This document shows positions 39,841 to 49,032 of a stretch of DNA of 64,000 nucleotides, piece by piece; the first letter of the stretch is position 1; each line of letters begins with the position of its first letter. Location: contig CAWJBB010000041.1 of NCBI GenBank assembly GCA_963840855.1, forward strand, positions 269,538 to 333,537. Reading direction: 5' to 3'. Below the pieces are notes generated by a model. That model ran no database searches and was not told the DNA's origin. It saw nothing but the letters and a program-made list of their open reading frames with translations. This DNA comes from an uncultured delta proteobacterium (GTDB taxonomy: Bacteria; Desulfobacterota; Binatia; UBA9968). The position numbers and the translations under genes are program-made.

Positions 39841-39850
39841 ACGAATCATT

Positions 39851-42367
39851 ATGGCAATCCGGGAGTACATACAAACTCAGATCTTTGGTCGCCGCGCGCA
39901 AGACCGTGGAAGTCTCGTGGTTTATGATCCAGCACGCCGCTACCGAGATATTGCATTGGGTTTGGCTTCAGAACGCTGTCAGGTCATTGACGCCTCTAAG
40001 TCGGTCATCGAACGACGTGAGATGGCCTCGGATGCTCTACTTGCCTTAGGAGAGGGGCGAATCCATCAACTTGTTGTCTGGATTCCGGCGGATCCTCCGC
40101 AGGATGACGAGGGGAGACAGCGCGATCCGTTCTCTGTGTTCTGCCAGGTCGGCACGATGTTTCCGCAGGGTGACGGCGACGATTTCGTATCTATTTGCCG
40201 GCGGGCGAAACCTGATCATATTTCCGAGATCAACCGTCTTTTCGCGGAGGGGGAGCCTAGTTTCGAGATGGTCGATGCTTTGGACCAAGGCGGTTCCTGG
40301 CCTAAGCTTAAAACACTATTGAGTGCTAATTCCTCGAAGGAGATTTTACTTGGTATCTTGTCGCCCAAACGCGATCAGGAAACTGCGCTCAAGAACGATC
40401 CGACATGGGTAGCGGAAGCAAAGGATTTCATTCAGCGGATTTTAGGTCATAAGCTCAAAACGAGAGGTCAGATGCGCCAGTCAGTCGCAGAAGAATTATG
40501 GCGGCTGCTTCTATTCAGCGAGTTTGTCTTCGACTCCGGCGGGGATATACCGGCGTCGCTGGAATCTGTGCCTAGGGCTGGAGTTGAAGCGAAGAGCTTG
40601 GTTTATGACGTTTGCGAAGAGCTGCGAAAGCATCAGGACCATAAAGAACTGTATCGAGATACGGCGAGAGAGATAGAAAACGATATGGTTCTCGCCGAAC
40701 GGTGCGAGGGCTATAAGTATCTAGGCGATCGAGACACCTTTGGTTTTGAGGAAAGATCGTATCTCCAACAGCTAGTCGAACGGGCGCTCGCAGGTCAGAT
40801 CGAGCAGGCGAGAGAGATCTGGGAGAGCCGTCGAAGTTCGATCTGGATCTCTCCGGAAGATCGTCTCGCAGAGTGGACGCTGGCGGCGCGCGCGCTCGAT
40901 TTAATCGAGACGGCTGGAAGGCTGAGCACGCCCAAGTTTCCGACTTTAGAGTCGATCGTGCACGGCTACTCGACAACGTGGCGAGACTTAGATCGGTATC
41001 ACCGCGAGATGGAGCAAGCGATAAATCAGCGGGAGAGTGATAACGATGCGCTGGATTCCCTCGTTGCGCGTGCGCGCTCGGACTATTTCCGGTCGGTCGA
41101 AGCCCTTCAGTCAGAGTTTGTTCGACTGGTCACCGCTGAAGGGTGGCCGGCGAGCGGCGGGCAGTTGATCTCGAATTCCCAGGTATTCTCTAAAGCCGTC
41201 GCACCGGCTCTCGAAGCGGGTAAACGGGTGGCCTACCTATTGGTCGATTCCCTGCGGTATGAGTTGGGTGTCGAGATCGAAAAGCAGCTCTCGGACAAAC
41301 ATAAGGTGACCCTTCAAACCGTCTGCGGTCAACTGCCGACTTATACTGAGGTCGGTATGGCCAGCCTCATGCCCGAAGCCGAGTCCGCCCTGAAACTGGT
41401 GCAGAAAGACGGCAAACTGATTACGACGCTGGGTGGTGAAGTGGCGACTGGACCAGTACAACGGTTTGCGTACTTGCGAGCGCGAAAAGGCGACCAATGC
41501 CAAGACATCGATCTGGAGGGTTTGCTCCGCCAGAGAAAACCGAAAGTGCCTGAGAGGATCAAGTTGTTGCTTGTGAGGACGCATGATATCGACGCCATGG
41601 CTCACGGAAGCCCGCATCAGGTGCACCATATGATACCAGTCCTCGTGCGCCAAATTATCCGCGGACTCGCGAAATTAGCGGAACTGGGCTTCGATCAGGC
41701 GGTGATCGCGACGGATCATGGTTTCATACTCGTTCATGAACAGCCCGCTGGCAATGTTGCGCCGCGCCCGAGCGGGAATTGGATCGTTGAAAAGGCACGC
41801 TGTAATCTTGGGACGGGAACGGCGGACGCGGCCAATCTTGTGATGAAAGCCAGTGAGCTGAACATTCCTGGAGACTTCGAGCATTTCGCCGCACCAAGGA
41901 CACTCGTGCCATATATGCGAAACGAGATGTATTATCACGAGGGGCTCTCCTTGCAAGAATGTGTGCTTCCCTGCCTCATAGTCCAATTGGAGTCCTCCGA
42001 CAAGACGACAAAAAAATCGTCTCCACCACGTTTGACGCTTACATATCGAGAAGGGAAAACCGACCGAATCACTTCGCGTCGACCCGTGGTCGATTTGACG
42101 TGGCCCCAAGGAGACTTTTTTAACGACGAAGTTGAGATCGAACTGCTCATGGAGATTGTCGATTCGAAGGAAAAATCTGTGGGAACGGTAGGTTCCAGCC
42201 CGTTCGTAAATCCCGCTACTGGCGGTGTGCGAATCAAATCCGGTAGCGCCCTATCTATAGGTATCAAAATGGACGATGAATTCTCGGGTAACTTTACGCT
42301 GCGTGTCTTGGATCAAACGAATGTCATGCTCGCTGAACTCAAACTCAAAACGGGGTACATGGAATGA
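39851..42367 (+). CDS. pglZ: BREX phosphatase-fold protein PglZ
   Basis: LLVDSLRYELG, LPTYTEVGMASL, DIDAMAH, IATDHGF, YHEGLSLQECVLP. Confidence 0.92.
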   Translation: MAIREYIQTQIFGRRAQDRGSLVVYDPARRYRDIALGLASERCQVIDASKSVIERREMASDALLALGEGRIHQLVVWIPADPPQDDEGRQRDPFSVFCQVGTMFPQGDGDDFVSICRRAKPDHISEINRLFAEGEPSFEMVDALDQGGSWPKLKTLLSANSSKEILLGILSPKRDQETALKNDPTWVAEAKDFIQRILGHKLKTRGQMRQSVAEELWRLLLFSEFVFDSGGDIPASLESVPRAGVEAKSLVYDVCEELRKHQDHKELYRDTAREIENDMVLAERCEGYKYLGDRDTFGFEERSYLQQLVERALAGQIEQAREIWESRRSSIWISPEDRLAEWTLAARALDLIETAGRLSTPKFPTLESIVHGYSTTWRDLDRYHREMEQAINQRESDNDALDSLVARARSDYFRSVEALQSEFVRLVTAEGWPASGGQLISNSQVFSKAVAPALEAGKRVAYLLVDSLRYELGVEIEKQLSDKHKVTLQTVCGQLPTYTEVGMASLMPEAESALKLVQKDGKLITTLGGEVATGPVQRFAYLRARKGDQCQDIDLEGLLRQRKPKVPERIKLLLVRTHDIDAMAHGSPHQVHHMIPVLVRQIIRGLAKLAELGFDQAVIATDHGFILVHEQPAGNVAPRPSGNWIVEKARCNLGTGTADAANLVMKASELNIPGDFEHFAAPRTLVPYMRNEMYYHEGLSLQECVLPCLIVQLESSDKTTKKSSPPRLTLTYREGKTDRITSRRPVVDLTWPQGDFFNDEVEIELLMEIVDSKEKSVGTVGSSPFVNPATGGVRIKSGSALSIGIKMDDEFSGNFTLRVLDQTNVMLAELKLKTGYME

Positions 42368-44472
42368 ACTCAGACGCTCTTGATGCGAAGTTAAACGATG
42401 TCTTTGCAGGCAAGGTCGTGCGGAAAGACCTGCTCCTTCAGGTGAAAAAAGGCACCAACGTGCCGTCATTTGTGCTGGAATTCCTTTTAGCCCGTTATTG
42501 CGCGAGCGACGATCCGCGCGAAATCCAAGAAGGCATGGCGGCTGTGTTGGAGACGATCCAGAAGAACTACGTTCGTCCAGACGAGAGCAATAAAGCGCAG
42601 ATTATGGTGCAGCAGGCGGGCAAACATACATTCATTGATAAGATCCACGTGAAGTATTCGGAAAAAGAGAAGCGGCCGTGGGCACGAATGGAGAACTTCA
42701 ACTCGTCGCGCATTGCAATCAACGAGCGATATTACAAATCGGAGAGCGACCGCATCTTTGAAGGCGGTATATGGGCGGAATGCACGGTCGCTCACAATGA
42801 CGCGGAAGACGACGACTATGCCTTTTATATCGAACAGCTTAAACCCATCCAACTTTCTAAGTTTGATTTTAAGACTTATGTCGAAGGACGCCAGCACTTC
42901 ACACGGGATGAGTGGCTCGACGTACTGATCCGGTCCTTCGGACTCGAGCCTGATTGGATGGACAGACGTCTCAAGTTCCATTACCTAGCGCGGCTGGCTC
43001 CGCTAGTAGAATCAAATTTCAACTTCATTGAGCTGGGCCCGCGTGGAAACGGTAAATCGTATACGTTCAGCGAGTTCTCACCCTACTCAACTCTACTCGG
43101 TGCGCCAACATCGGCTGCTACCTTGTGGTGGAACAATGCCCGCAGGCAGGTGGGAATTATCGGGTTTTGGGACGTGGTCGCATTCGATGAAGTCGGAGAG
43201 GGCATAACAGTTCGCGACAAAGAGACGTTTCAGGTGATGAAGCAGTACATGGCCAACGGAAATTTCACCCGATCCACATCGACTGTCACTGCCAACGCCA
43301 GCTTAGCATTCGTAGGCAATATCGATGACTCCGTTGAAGCGATTGTAAATTCGCCAAAGCACACACTGTTCAACCCCCTGCACCGCGTCTTTGACCTCGC
43401 TATACTTGATCGCTTCCACACATTCGTGCCCGGCTGGGAAATCCCAAAGAACAAGGATGAAAACCTGACGCGACGCTATGGACTCATCATCGAGTATTTG
43501 GCCGAGGCGTTTCACCATCTGGCACGTAGAACGAACCGCTTCGCCCAGGTGAAAGCGGCTTGCAGGCTCGGGCCGGGCTACGATCAAAGAGACCAGACGG
43601 CGGTCCTTAAGACGGTTTGCGCCTTTGTAAAGCTACTGCACCCGGGCGACGAACCGACACAGGAGCAGGTCAACGAATATTTAGCGTACGCCATCGAGGG
43701 CCGGCGTCGCGTTAAGGAACAGCTAAACAAGAAGAAGCCAGACGACGAATTTGCGAACATCAATCTCGGTTACCTTCATAACGGAGGCGACCCGATTATC
43801 GTCTTCTGCCCCGAATCGACGAACGCCGCCGCTACGCAAAATCCCGATCGACGCCAGATTGCAGACGATGACAAAGACGTAAAGTTGCCAGCCAGGCTAA
43901 AGAAGGAAATTGAAGTCGTCTCGGAATTAACTTCCGCTGGGTCAACAGGCACAGCTATCGACACGGCGGTTGCCCTTGCCGAGCCGCCTCGTGAACCCAA
44001 GGAGCGACATTATCGTATTCACTATGGGGCAACGGGGTATTCATATGAGAGTATCTTCGGTGATTATCTCCCGGGTGCCGACGAGATTGTGATAGAAGAC
44101 CCTTTTATCCGGCAGCATCACCAGATCATCAATTTTCTACGATTCTGCGAAACGGCAGTTCGCGTCGGGAACCCAAAGAAGATCATCTTGGTTACAAGGT
44201 TCGAGGACCCGCTAGAAAAGGATGAGGCGTTGCCGAAGCTGTTAACAATTGCGGACAGTCTCAACCAGTTCGCCGTTGCGTTAGAAATTAAAGAGAACAG
44301 CAATCTTCATGACCGCCAAACTCGACTGAGCAATGGATGGACAATTAAGATCGGCCGCGGCTTCGACATCTACCAACGTCCGGATGATTGGCTCCAAGTC
44401 GGTGCGAACGATCTCGATCTGCGTCCTTGCCTGGAAACCAATGTGGATGTGATCCGGAGCAATACCGCATAA
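42364..44472 (+). CDS. brxL: BrxL-like MCM/AAA+ protein lacking the Lon protease domain, with a C-terminal MIT_C (PLD-like) domain
   Basis: GKVVRKDL..NVPSFVLEFLL, ELGPRGNGKS, VAFDEV, DRFH..PGWEIPK; tail EDPFIR..HQ..NFLRFCE..HDR...NGWTIKIGRGFD..LRPCLET. Confidence 0.85.
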   Translation: MNSDALDAKLNDVFAGKVVRKDLLLQVKKGTNVPSFVLEFLLARYCASDDPREIQEGMAAVLETIQKNYVRPDESNKAQIMVQQAGKHTFIDKIHVKYSEKEKRPWARMENFNSSRIAINERYYKSESDRIFEGGIWAECTVAHNDAEDDDYAFYIEQLKPIQLSKFDFKTYVEGRQHFTRDEWLDVLIRSFGLEPDWMDRRLKFHYLARLAPLVESNFNFIELGPRGNGKSYTFSEFSPYSTLLGAPTSAATLWWNNARRQVGIIGFWDVVAFDEVGEGITVRDKETFQVMKQYMANGNFTRSTSTVTANASLAFVGNIDDSVEAIVNSPKHTLFNPLHRVFDLAILDRFHTFVPGWEIPKNKDENLTRRYGLIIEYLAEAFHHLARRTNRFAQVKAACRLGPGYDQRDQTAVLKTVCAFVKLLHPGDEPTQEQVNEYLAYAIEGRRRVKEQLNKKKPDDEFANINLGYLHNGGDPIIVFCPESTNAAATQNPDRRQIADDDKDVKLPARLKKEIEVVSELTSAGSTGTAIDTAVALAEPPREPKERHYRIHYGATGYSYESIFGDYLPGADEIVIEDPFIRQHHQIINFLRFCETAVRVGNPKKIILVTRFEDPLEKDEALPKLLTIADSLNQFAVALEIKENSNLHDRQTRLSNGWTIKIGRGFDIYQRPDDWLQVGANDLDLRPCLETNVDVIRSNTA

Positions 44473-44528
44473 GAAGCAAAAAATCTAACGATAGAAAAAA
44501 TGGATTGGTAGCCGTTACGTGATCGAGA

Positions 44529-44819
44529 GTGGCCTTTACTGATGATCCAGGAGTCATACCGGCGAGAGGACTGAGCCAATATGGTACATTCTGGTTGCCG
44601 CAAAACACTATTCCTCTCTTTCTTCAGGCGTTTCAGCAACACCTTGGCCACCTCAATAGTCAATCTAACGGCGCCGTGCAACGGTTTATTTATCACTATT
44701 TGCCGACGGGGGTATGCAACCAGATCGCGGCCGCAGCGGTCGACAAAATGGCTGTAACGCTCGCTGACCGCAAAGAGCACGGGAAAGATATCGCGACGAG
44801 CGTCAAATCGTGGTGTTAG
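44529..44819 (+). CDS. Hypothetical protein (96 aa)
   Basis: Open frame co-oriented with the island, no recognised motif. Confidence 0.4.
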   Translation: MAFTDDPGVIPARGLSQYGTFWLPQNTIPLFLQAFQQHLGHLNSQSNGAVQRFIYHYLPTGVCNQIAAAAVDKMAVTLADRKEHGKDIATSVKSWC

Positions 44820-44978
44820 TGGCGAGGCCGGGGATATCCATGCAGTACCGTTGGTGAATCAAGAACGAGGGCGAGAAAAGTGCGAAATTTCTGGAACGTG
44901 GTTTTTAATATGGAAATGGTCAAAGAAAGCAGAAGTTTATTTCGGACCTTAAGCCCATCGGTTATTTGAGGAGGTGGT

Positions 44979-45194
44979 ATGGTACAAAACCATGAGAGTA
45001 GTGCAGATGAGGTTTATGGACGCGTGGCCACGAGCATCGAAGATCAGGATGTCAGAGAACTGTGGCAGAAGATACGTAGTGAACTGATGCGGGAAGGTGG
45101 TGGACCGGATGCATGTTTGGCATATCTTGAAAGTGAATTAACAAGGATGGAAGAGGTGGTCCGACGAGGCCTGGACCGCCTGGAAAAACTATAG
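44979..45194 (+). CDS. Small alpha-helical hypothetical protein (71 aa)
   Basis: Strong RBS gaggaggt; stop 9 nt before the next ATG. Confidence 0.65.
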   Translation: MVQNHESSADEVYGRVATSIEDQDVRELWQKIRSELMREGGGPDACLAYLESELTRMEEVVRRGLDRLEKL

Positions 45195-45203
45195 AGGTTG
45201 GGT

Positions 45204-47324
45204 ATGGATGGAAAAGGATTTAAGATTCAACGTGTCAGAGTTGAAGGCTTTAAAGGATTCACGACCGGTCAGGCGATAACCGTGGATGGTAAGCATGTGT
45301 TTGTCCTCGGGCCAAACGGATTCGGAAAGTCAAGCCTAGTTGAGGCAATACGTTGGGGTCTTTTCGGATCGACCCGTCGTCCCGGAGAAACCGTCGCAAA
45401 CCAAGACTATACCGGAAGCTGTCGAGTAGATCTCGTATTGAAGCGTGGCGATGGAGATTGGACCTTAAAGCGGACTCTGATTAGAGGTGTGAGCGGCGGT
45501 TCGGATGCGGATATTCTTGACAATCTCGGCCAAAGTCATGGCATAAAGGAAGTGCTTCCACGGCTCCAATCTCTACCTGCTGGAGAGGGAATGCACATTG
45601 TCTACGCGGCTCAGAATGCACCACTCCGACGGCCTGCCGATGACTTAAGCCCATTTGAGAAGACGATTTACTCATATTTGGGCTTAGCGGATGTGCGCGT
45701 AACGATTAGTCGGCTTAATGATTTCCTGGAAACACACGTACTTAGGGAAAATACGCTCGCTAAAGATATTGATGAGAAAAGATCGTATCTTGAGTCGGAG
45801 TTGGGTCGTGCAACTGATCAGCGTCAACGATTCATCGAGAATCGACCCTGGCCCGGTGACCATGTTCCAATCCAAGAGGAAACGGCGACTAGGATCGGTA
45901 CATTTATAAAAGGTCTATCTTTAGGCGCTTATTCTGAGACTGTCTCACCGACGCCGGGTATTTTTTCCCTTATCGACGAGGCAGAGTCCGTTTTTAACCG
46001 GGTTAGTGACATATCGGGTAGTGCTATCCAAGCTCGCATCGCGGAGGTCCAGAAGCAAATAGGGGCGGCTGCGTTGTTGTCTTCTGAATTAGCGAATCGG
46101 GAGGCGAAGTTAGCGACCGCACAGCAAGAAATCGCTTTGTTGAAGGAAAGGTTGGTTGCCGCACTAAGTGGGACTACTCTTGAGTCGCTTGCCAAATCCG
46201 TAGAAGCTTTCGACAAAGACGTCGAAGACAAAGCCTTACTTCTGGACCTTCAACATAGAGCTCGTATCTGGACTGAGCGCCATATTAAAGAGCCCGAGGA
46301 GCAGTATTGTCCAATTTGCAGACGAGAGCATGAACTTAGAGCATTGTTGCAGAGCCTTGCAGATCGTGTCGCACGGGAATCCGCAGAACGAAAGGCAATT
46401 GTGGCGAAAAGAGATAATTTGAAAACTCAATACCAGGAGACTATGCGCCTCGTTAAACAAGTTGAGGAATTGGATGCGTCGTGTTCCTCTTTTCTAAGAG
46501 AGTTGTGTGACACAACGGATAAGATTCGCAGTTTTTTGGATTCAGATCTTCAAAATGAAGACATCGCGAGCGCACTGCACGCATATCTCACCGCATCGGA
46601 GAGTGACAGAGTGAACTTGCAATCGAAGTTACGGGAAACTGGGGAACTGAAGCAGGCTTGGAAGAGAGAGTTGGAGAATCTACAGGATGAGGTTCGCTTT
46701 CATAAAGTGCAGCAACAATTGATCAGTCTTCATCAGCGAATGCGTGATCTTGAAGCCGTTCGAGATTCCTTAAAGACACTGGTCTTGTTTGGAGATAGTG
46801 TCAGGCAATTGAGAGATAATTTGGAAAGAGCCCTGAATGAAACGCTCAAGGTGGCACTTCCAAGCATTAACGAAAAGCTGTCAGAGGCTTTCATCGGATT
46901 GACTGAACATCCAGTGTATAGCCGGGTGCTAATTGCGGAAGGACGCCTTCCAAAATTGGAACTCCGGGTAGCGACAGATAACAACCGGCTTGCTGGCTGG
47001 GAGCCCTCAGCTGTCCTAAACGGGCAAGCTCTAAACGCGTTAGAGTTGGTTCCTTACTTTGCATTTTCTGAGCTCACAGATGTTCCCCTTGAGGTGTATT
47101 TGCTTCTGTTAGATGATCCAACCCAGTCTTTCGACGGGCATCATATCGATATTCTCGTGGGAAAGTTGGCAGAACTTGGCAGGCGAGTCCAACTTATTGT
47201 AGCGAGTCACGAGATTGGTTATTTTCAAAATTTACTTTCGAAGCATTTCGATCGAGATGAGTACATCGTTGCTCGCGTTACGGGCTTTCTACCGCGTAAT
47301 GGGCCGACATTGGAGATATGCTAA
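45204..47324 (+). CDS. Rad50/SMC-like ABC ATPase with coiled coil and CPIC zinc hook
   Basis: VEGFKGF, GPNGFGKSS, YAAQ Q-loop, central CPIC, degenerate signature LNGQ, LLLDDPTQSFD, ASHE. Confidence 0.85.
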   Translation: MDGKGFKIQRVRVEGFKGFTTGQAITVDGKHVFVLGPNGFGKSSLVEAIRWGLFGSTRRPGETVANQDYTGSCRVDLVLKRGDGDWTLKRTLIRGVSGGSDADILDNLGQSHGIKEVLPRLQSLPAGEGMHIVYAAQNAPLRRPADDLSPFEKTIYSYLGLADVRVTISRLNDFLETHVLRENTLAKDIDEKRSYLESELGRATDQRQRFIENRPWPGDHVPIQEETATRIGTFIKGLSLGAYSETVSPTPGIFSLIDEAESVFNRVSDISGSAIQARIAEVQKQIGAAALLSSELANREAKLATAQQEIALLKERLVAALSGTTLESLAKSVEAFDKDVEDKALLLDLQHRARIWTERHIKEPEEQYCPICRREHELRALLQSLADRVARESAERKAIVAKRDNLKTQYQETMRLVKQVEELDASCSSFLRELCDTTDKIRSFLDSDLQNEDIASALHAYLTASESDRVNLQSKLRETGELKQAWKRELENLQDEVRFHKVQQQLISLHQRMRDLEAVRDSLKTLVLFGDSVRQLRDNLERALNETLKVALPSINEKLSEAFIGLTEHPVYSRVLIAEGRLPKLELRVATDNNRLAGWEPSAVLNGQALNALELVPYFAFSELTDVPLEVYLLLLDDPTQSFDGHHIDILVGKLAELGRRVQLIVASHEIGYFQNLLSKHFDRDEYIVARVTGFLPRNGPTLEIC

Positions 47325-47325
47325 T

Positions 47326-47856
47326 ATGGACAATATCGCGCAGTGGGCTGCGGGGAAATGTCTGGAAAAACTAAAAGAGGGCTTAGAATCAAGTGAGCTC
47401 GGATTCCGCATTCAAGGCCTGGCTGCCCACGTACTCCTTCGGCTAGGAATGCGTATATTGGAAATAAATAGTTCCGGCCATCCAGATATCATTGCGCAGA
47501 GCGGTGGAGGTTTGGTTCGTCTTGAAATAGAAGCAGATCTGAATGGGTGGCGCGCTCGCGCGCCTACCAAAGAAGATCTTAATGCAATAGCTCCTACAAA
47601 CTGTTTTGACAGGGGGTTTTTTGCAGTAGCGCGACTTGGACCTTATCCCCGCTGGGTGGTCGTTGATTCAGCCCTGCTTAAAAGGCGCTATGGTTTGCTA
47701 GCGGCTCCCGCAATACTGGAAGCTTTGGCTGATGCAGAAGTTTCAGGAATATGGACAACTGAATTCGTTCGTTTGTTGGAAGCAAACTGTGAGCGAGTCT
47801 CTAGTTTTACATTTGAGTTTCTGGTGCGGCGAGCGTTGGAAGGAAGACCGATTTAA
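47326..47856 (+). CDS. Putative PD-(D/E)xK-fold nuclease (176 aa)
   Basis: Helix with E..F..Q, then GHPDII...RLEIE; ATG 1 nt after the ATPase stop. Confidence 0.5.
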   Translation: MDNIAQWAAGKCLEKLKEGLESSELGFRIQGLAAHVLLRLGMRILEINSSGHPDIIAQSGGGLVRLEIEADLNGWRARAPTKEDLNAIAPTNCFDRGFFAVARLGPYPRWVVVDSALLKRRYGLLAAPAILEALADAEVSGIWTTEFVRLLEANCERVSSFTFEFLVRRALEGRPI

Positions 47857-47867
47857 CAGAGAGAAAA

Positions 47868-48614
47868 GGGGTCGGGAGTCTTTTCTTGACAGAGTAGGGC
47901 CGGATGGGATAAATGCCATGGCGAAATGCCGTGACGCCCACGTCTTGCAAACCGGTGGCATAGCCTATCATGTTCTAAACCGACGGGTCAGTCGGTTGCC
48001 GCTGTTCGAAAAACCCGCAGACTATCGTGCCTCTGAGAAAATTCTCAGTGAAGCCATCGGGCGAACCAATATACGGATTGCGGCGTATTGTTTGATGCCG
48101 ACTCACTGGCATTTGCTGTTGTGGCCGCGCGACGGTGGAGAGCTTTCCGAGGTGATGCGATGGATTACGGTGACACATACGCAACGCTGGCATGCACACC
48201 GTCATTCGTCGGGTAGCGGGCCGGTATATCAAGGACGATTCAAGTCCTTTCCGGTTCAGACCGACGAGCATTTTCTGACGGTCGCCCGATACGTTGAGCG
48301 CAACGCTGTGCGGGCCGGGTTAGTTGGACGGGCGGAGCACTGGCAGTGGTCGAGTCTAAACCGGTTTTTGGACGAGGATGGCGGGCGATCTGAGATGTTG
48401 AGTTATTGGCCAATGGAGCGACCGAAGAACTGGATTGAATTCGTCAACGATTCGGAGCGAGAATCGGAGCTGGATGATTTACGGTCGAGCGCGCAGCGCG
48501 GCCGCCCCTATGGCAGTGAAGACTGGATGAGCAGAACTGCCAAACAACTTGGACTTCAATCGACGATGCGTTCCCGCGGTCGTCCGAACCATTCATGAAA
48601 AGACTCCCGACCCC
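47868..48614 (+). mobile_element. Y1 tyrosine transposase unit bounded by perfect 18-bp terminal inverted repeats GGGGTCGGGAGTCTTTTC
   Basis: 47868-47885 and 48597-48614 are exact reverse complements; TTGACA directly follows the left repeat. Confidence 0.8.
47918..48598 (+). CDS. Y1 HUH transposase (RAYT/IS200-like); 5' end possibly damaged
   Basis: AYHVLNR, YCLMPTHWHLL (HUH), YQGRFKS, RYVERN, WQWSS; canonical start MPRRPR at 47926 appears to carry a TGA and a +1 shift. Confidence 0.85.
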   Translation: MAKCRDAHVLQTGGIAYHVLNRRVSRLPLFEKPADYRASEKILSEAIGRTNIRIAAYCLMPTHWHLLLWPRDGGELSEVMRWITVTHTQRWHAHRHSSGSGPVYQGRFKSFPVQTDEHFLTVARYVERNAVRAGLVGRAEHWQWSSLNRFLDEDGGRSEMLSYWPMERPKNWIEFVNDSERESELDDLRSSAQRGRPYGSEDWMSRTAKQLGLQSTMRSRGRPNHS

Positions 48615-48615
48615 G

Positions 48616-48754
48616 TTATTCTCCTTCGCCGAATACCTCGCAGCTTGCTGCGGGGATGAAGGCGAGGAGAACCCTCCGTAGCCTTGGCGAAGGAGGGTAG
48701 CGGCTTCGGGGAATTTCGCAGGATACCCCGCAGCTTGCTGCGGGGAGCTTCATT
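48616..48754 (-). mobile_element. R1 hairpin element copy 2, inserted right next to the Y1 terminal repeat
   Basis: Reverse complement of 57008-57149 with few changes. Confidence 0.7.
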
Positions 48755-49032
48755 TCTCCCCATCAAACAGAAAAGGGATTGACGACTCCCCGGTCCGGCG
48801 ATATTGCTCGGAGCAGAAGGAACGAAAAAGGGGTCACCGCTTTTAGCTTTTTCCGGGATCGATCGGCCGCTCACGCGACTCCTCCCACTGCCAAGCACAG
48901 AGCGGCAGGATAGAGTTGCGAATTTTACCAGAGCATATTTCCGCGTCGCGACTCTCCAGCTTTTCAACTCCATACTTGACTCTATAGGTTGGCTGGAGCT
49001 TTAAAGTAAGTTTCGGCCAAGAACGAGCAACT

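Noticed and set aside
45204-47324. Housekeeping SbcC/RecN/SMC, or DndD
   Set aside because: No sbcD, scpAB or dndBCE neighbours; aberrant signature motif; defence-island context
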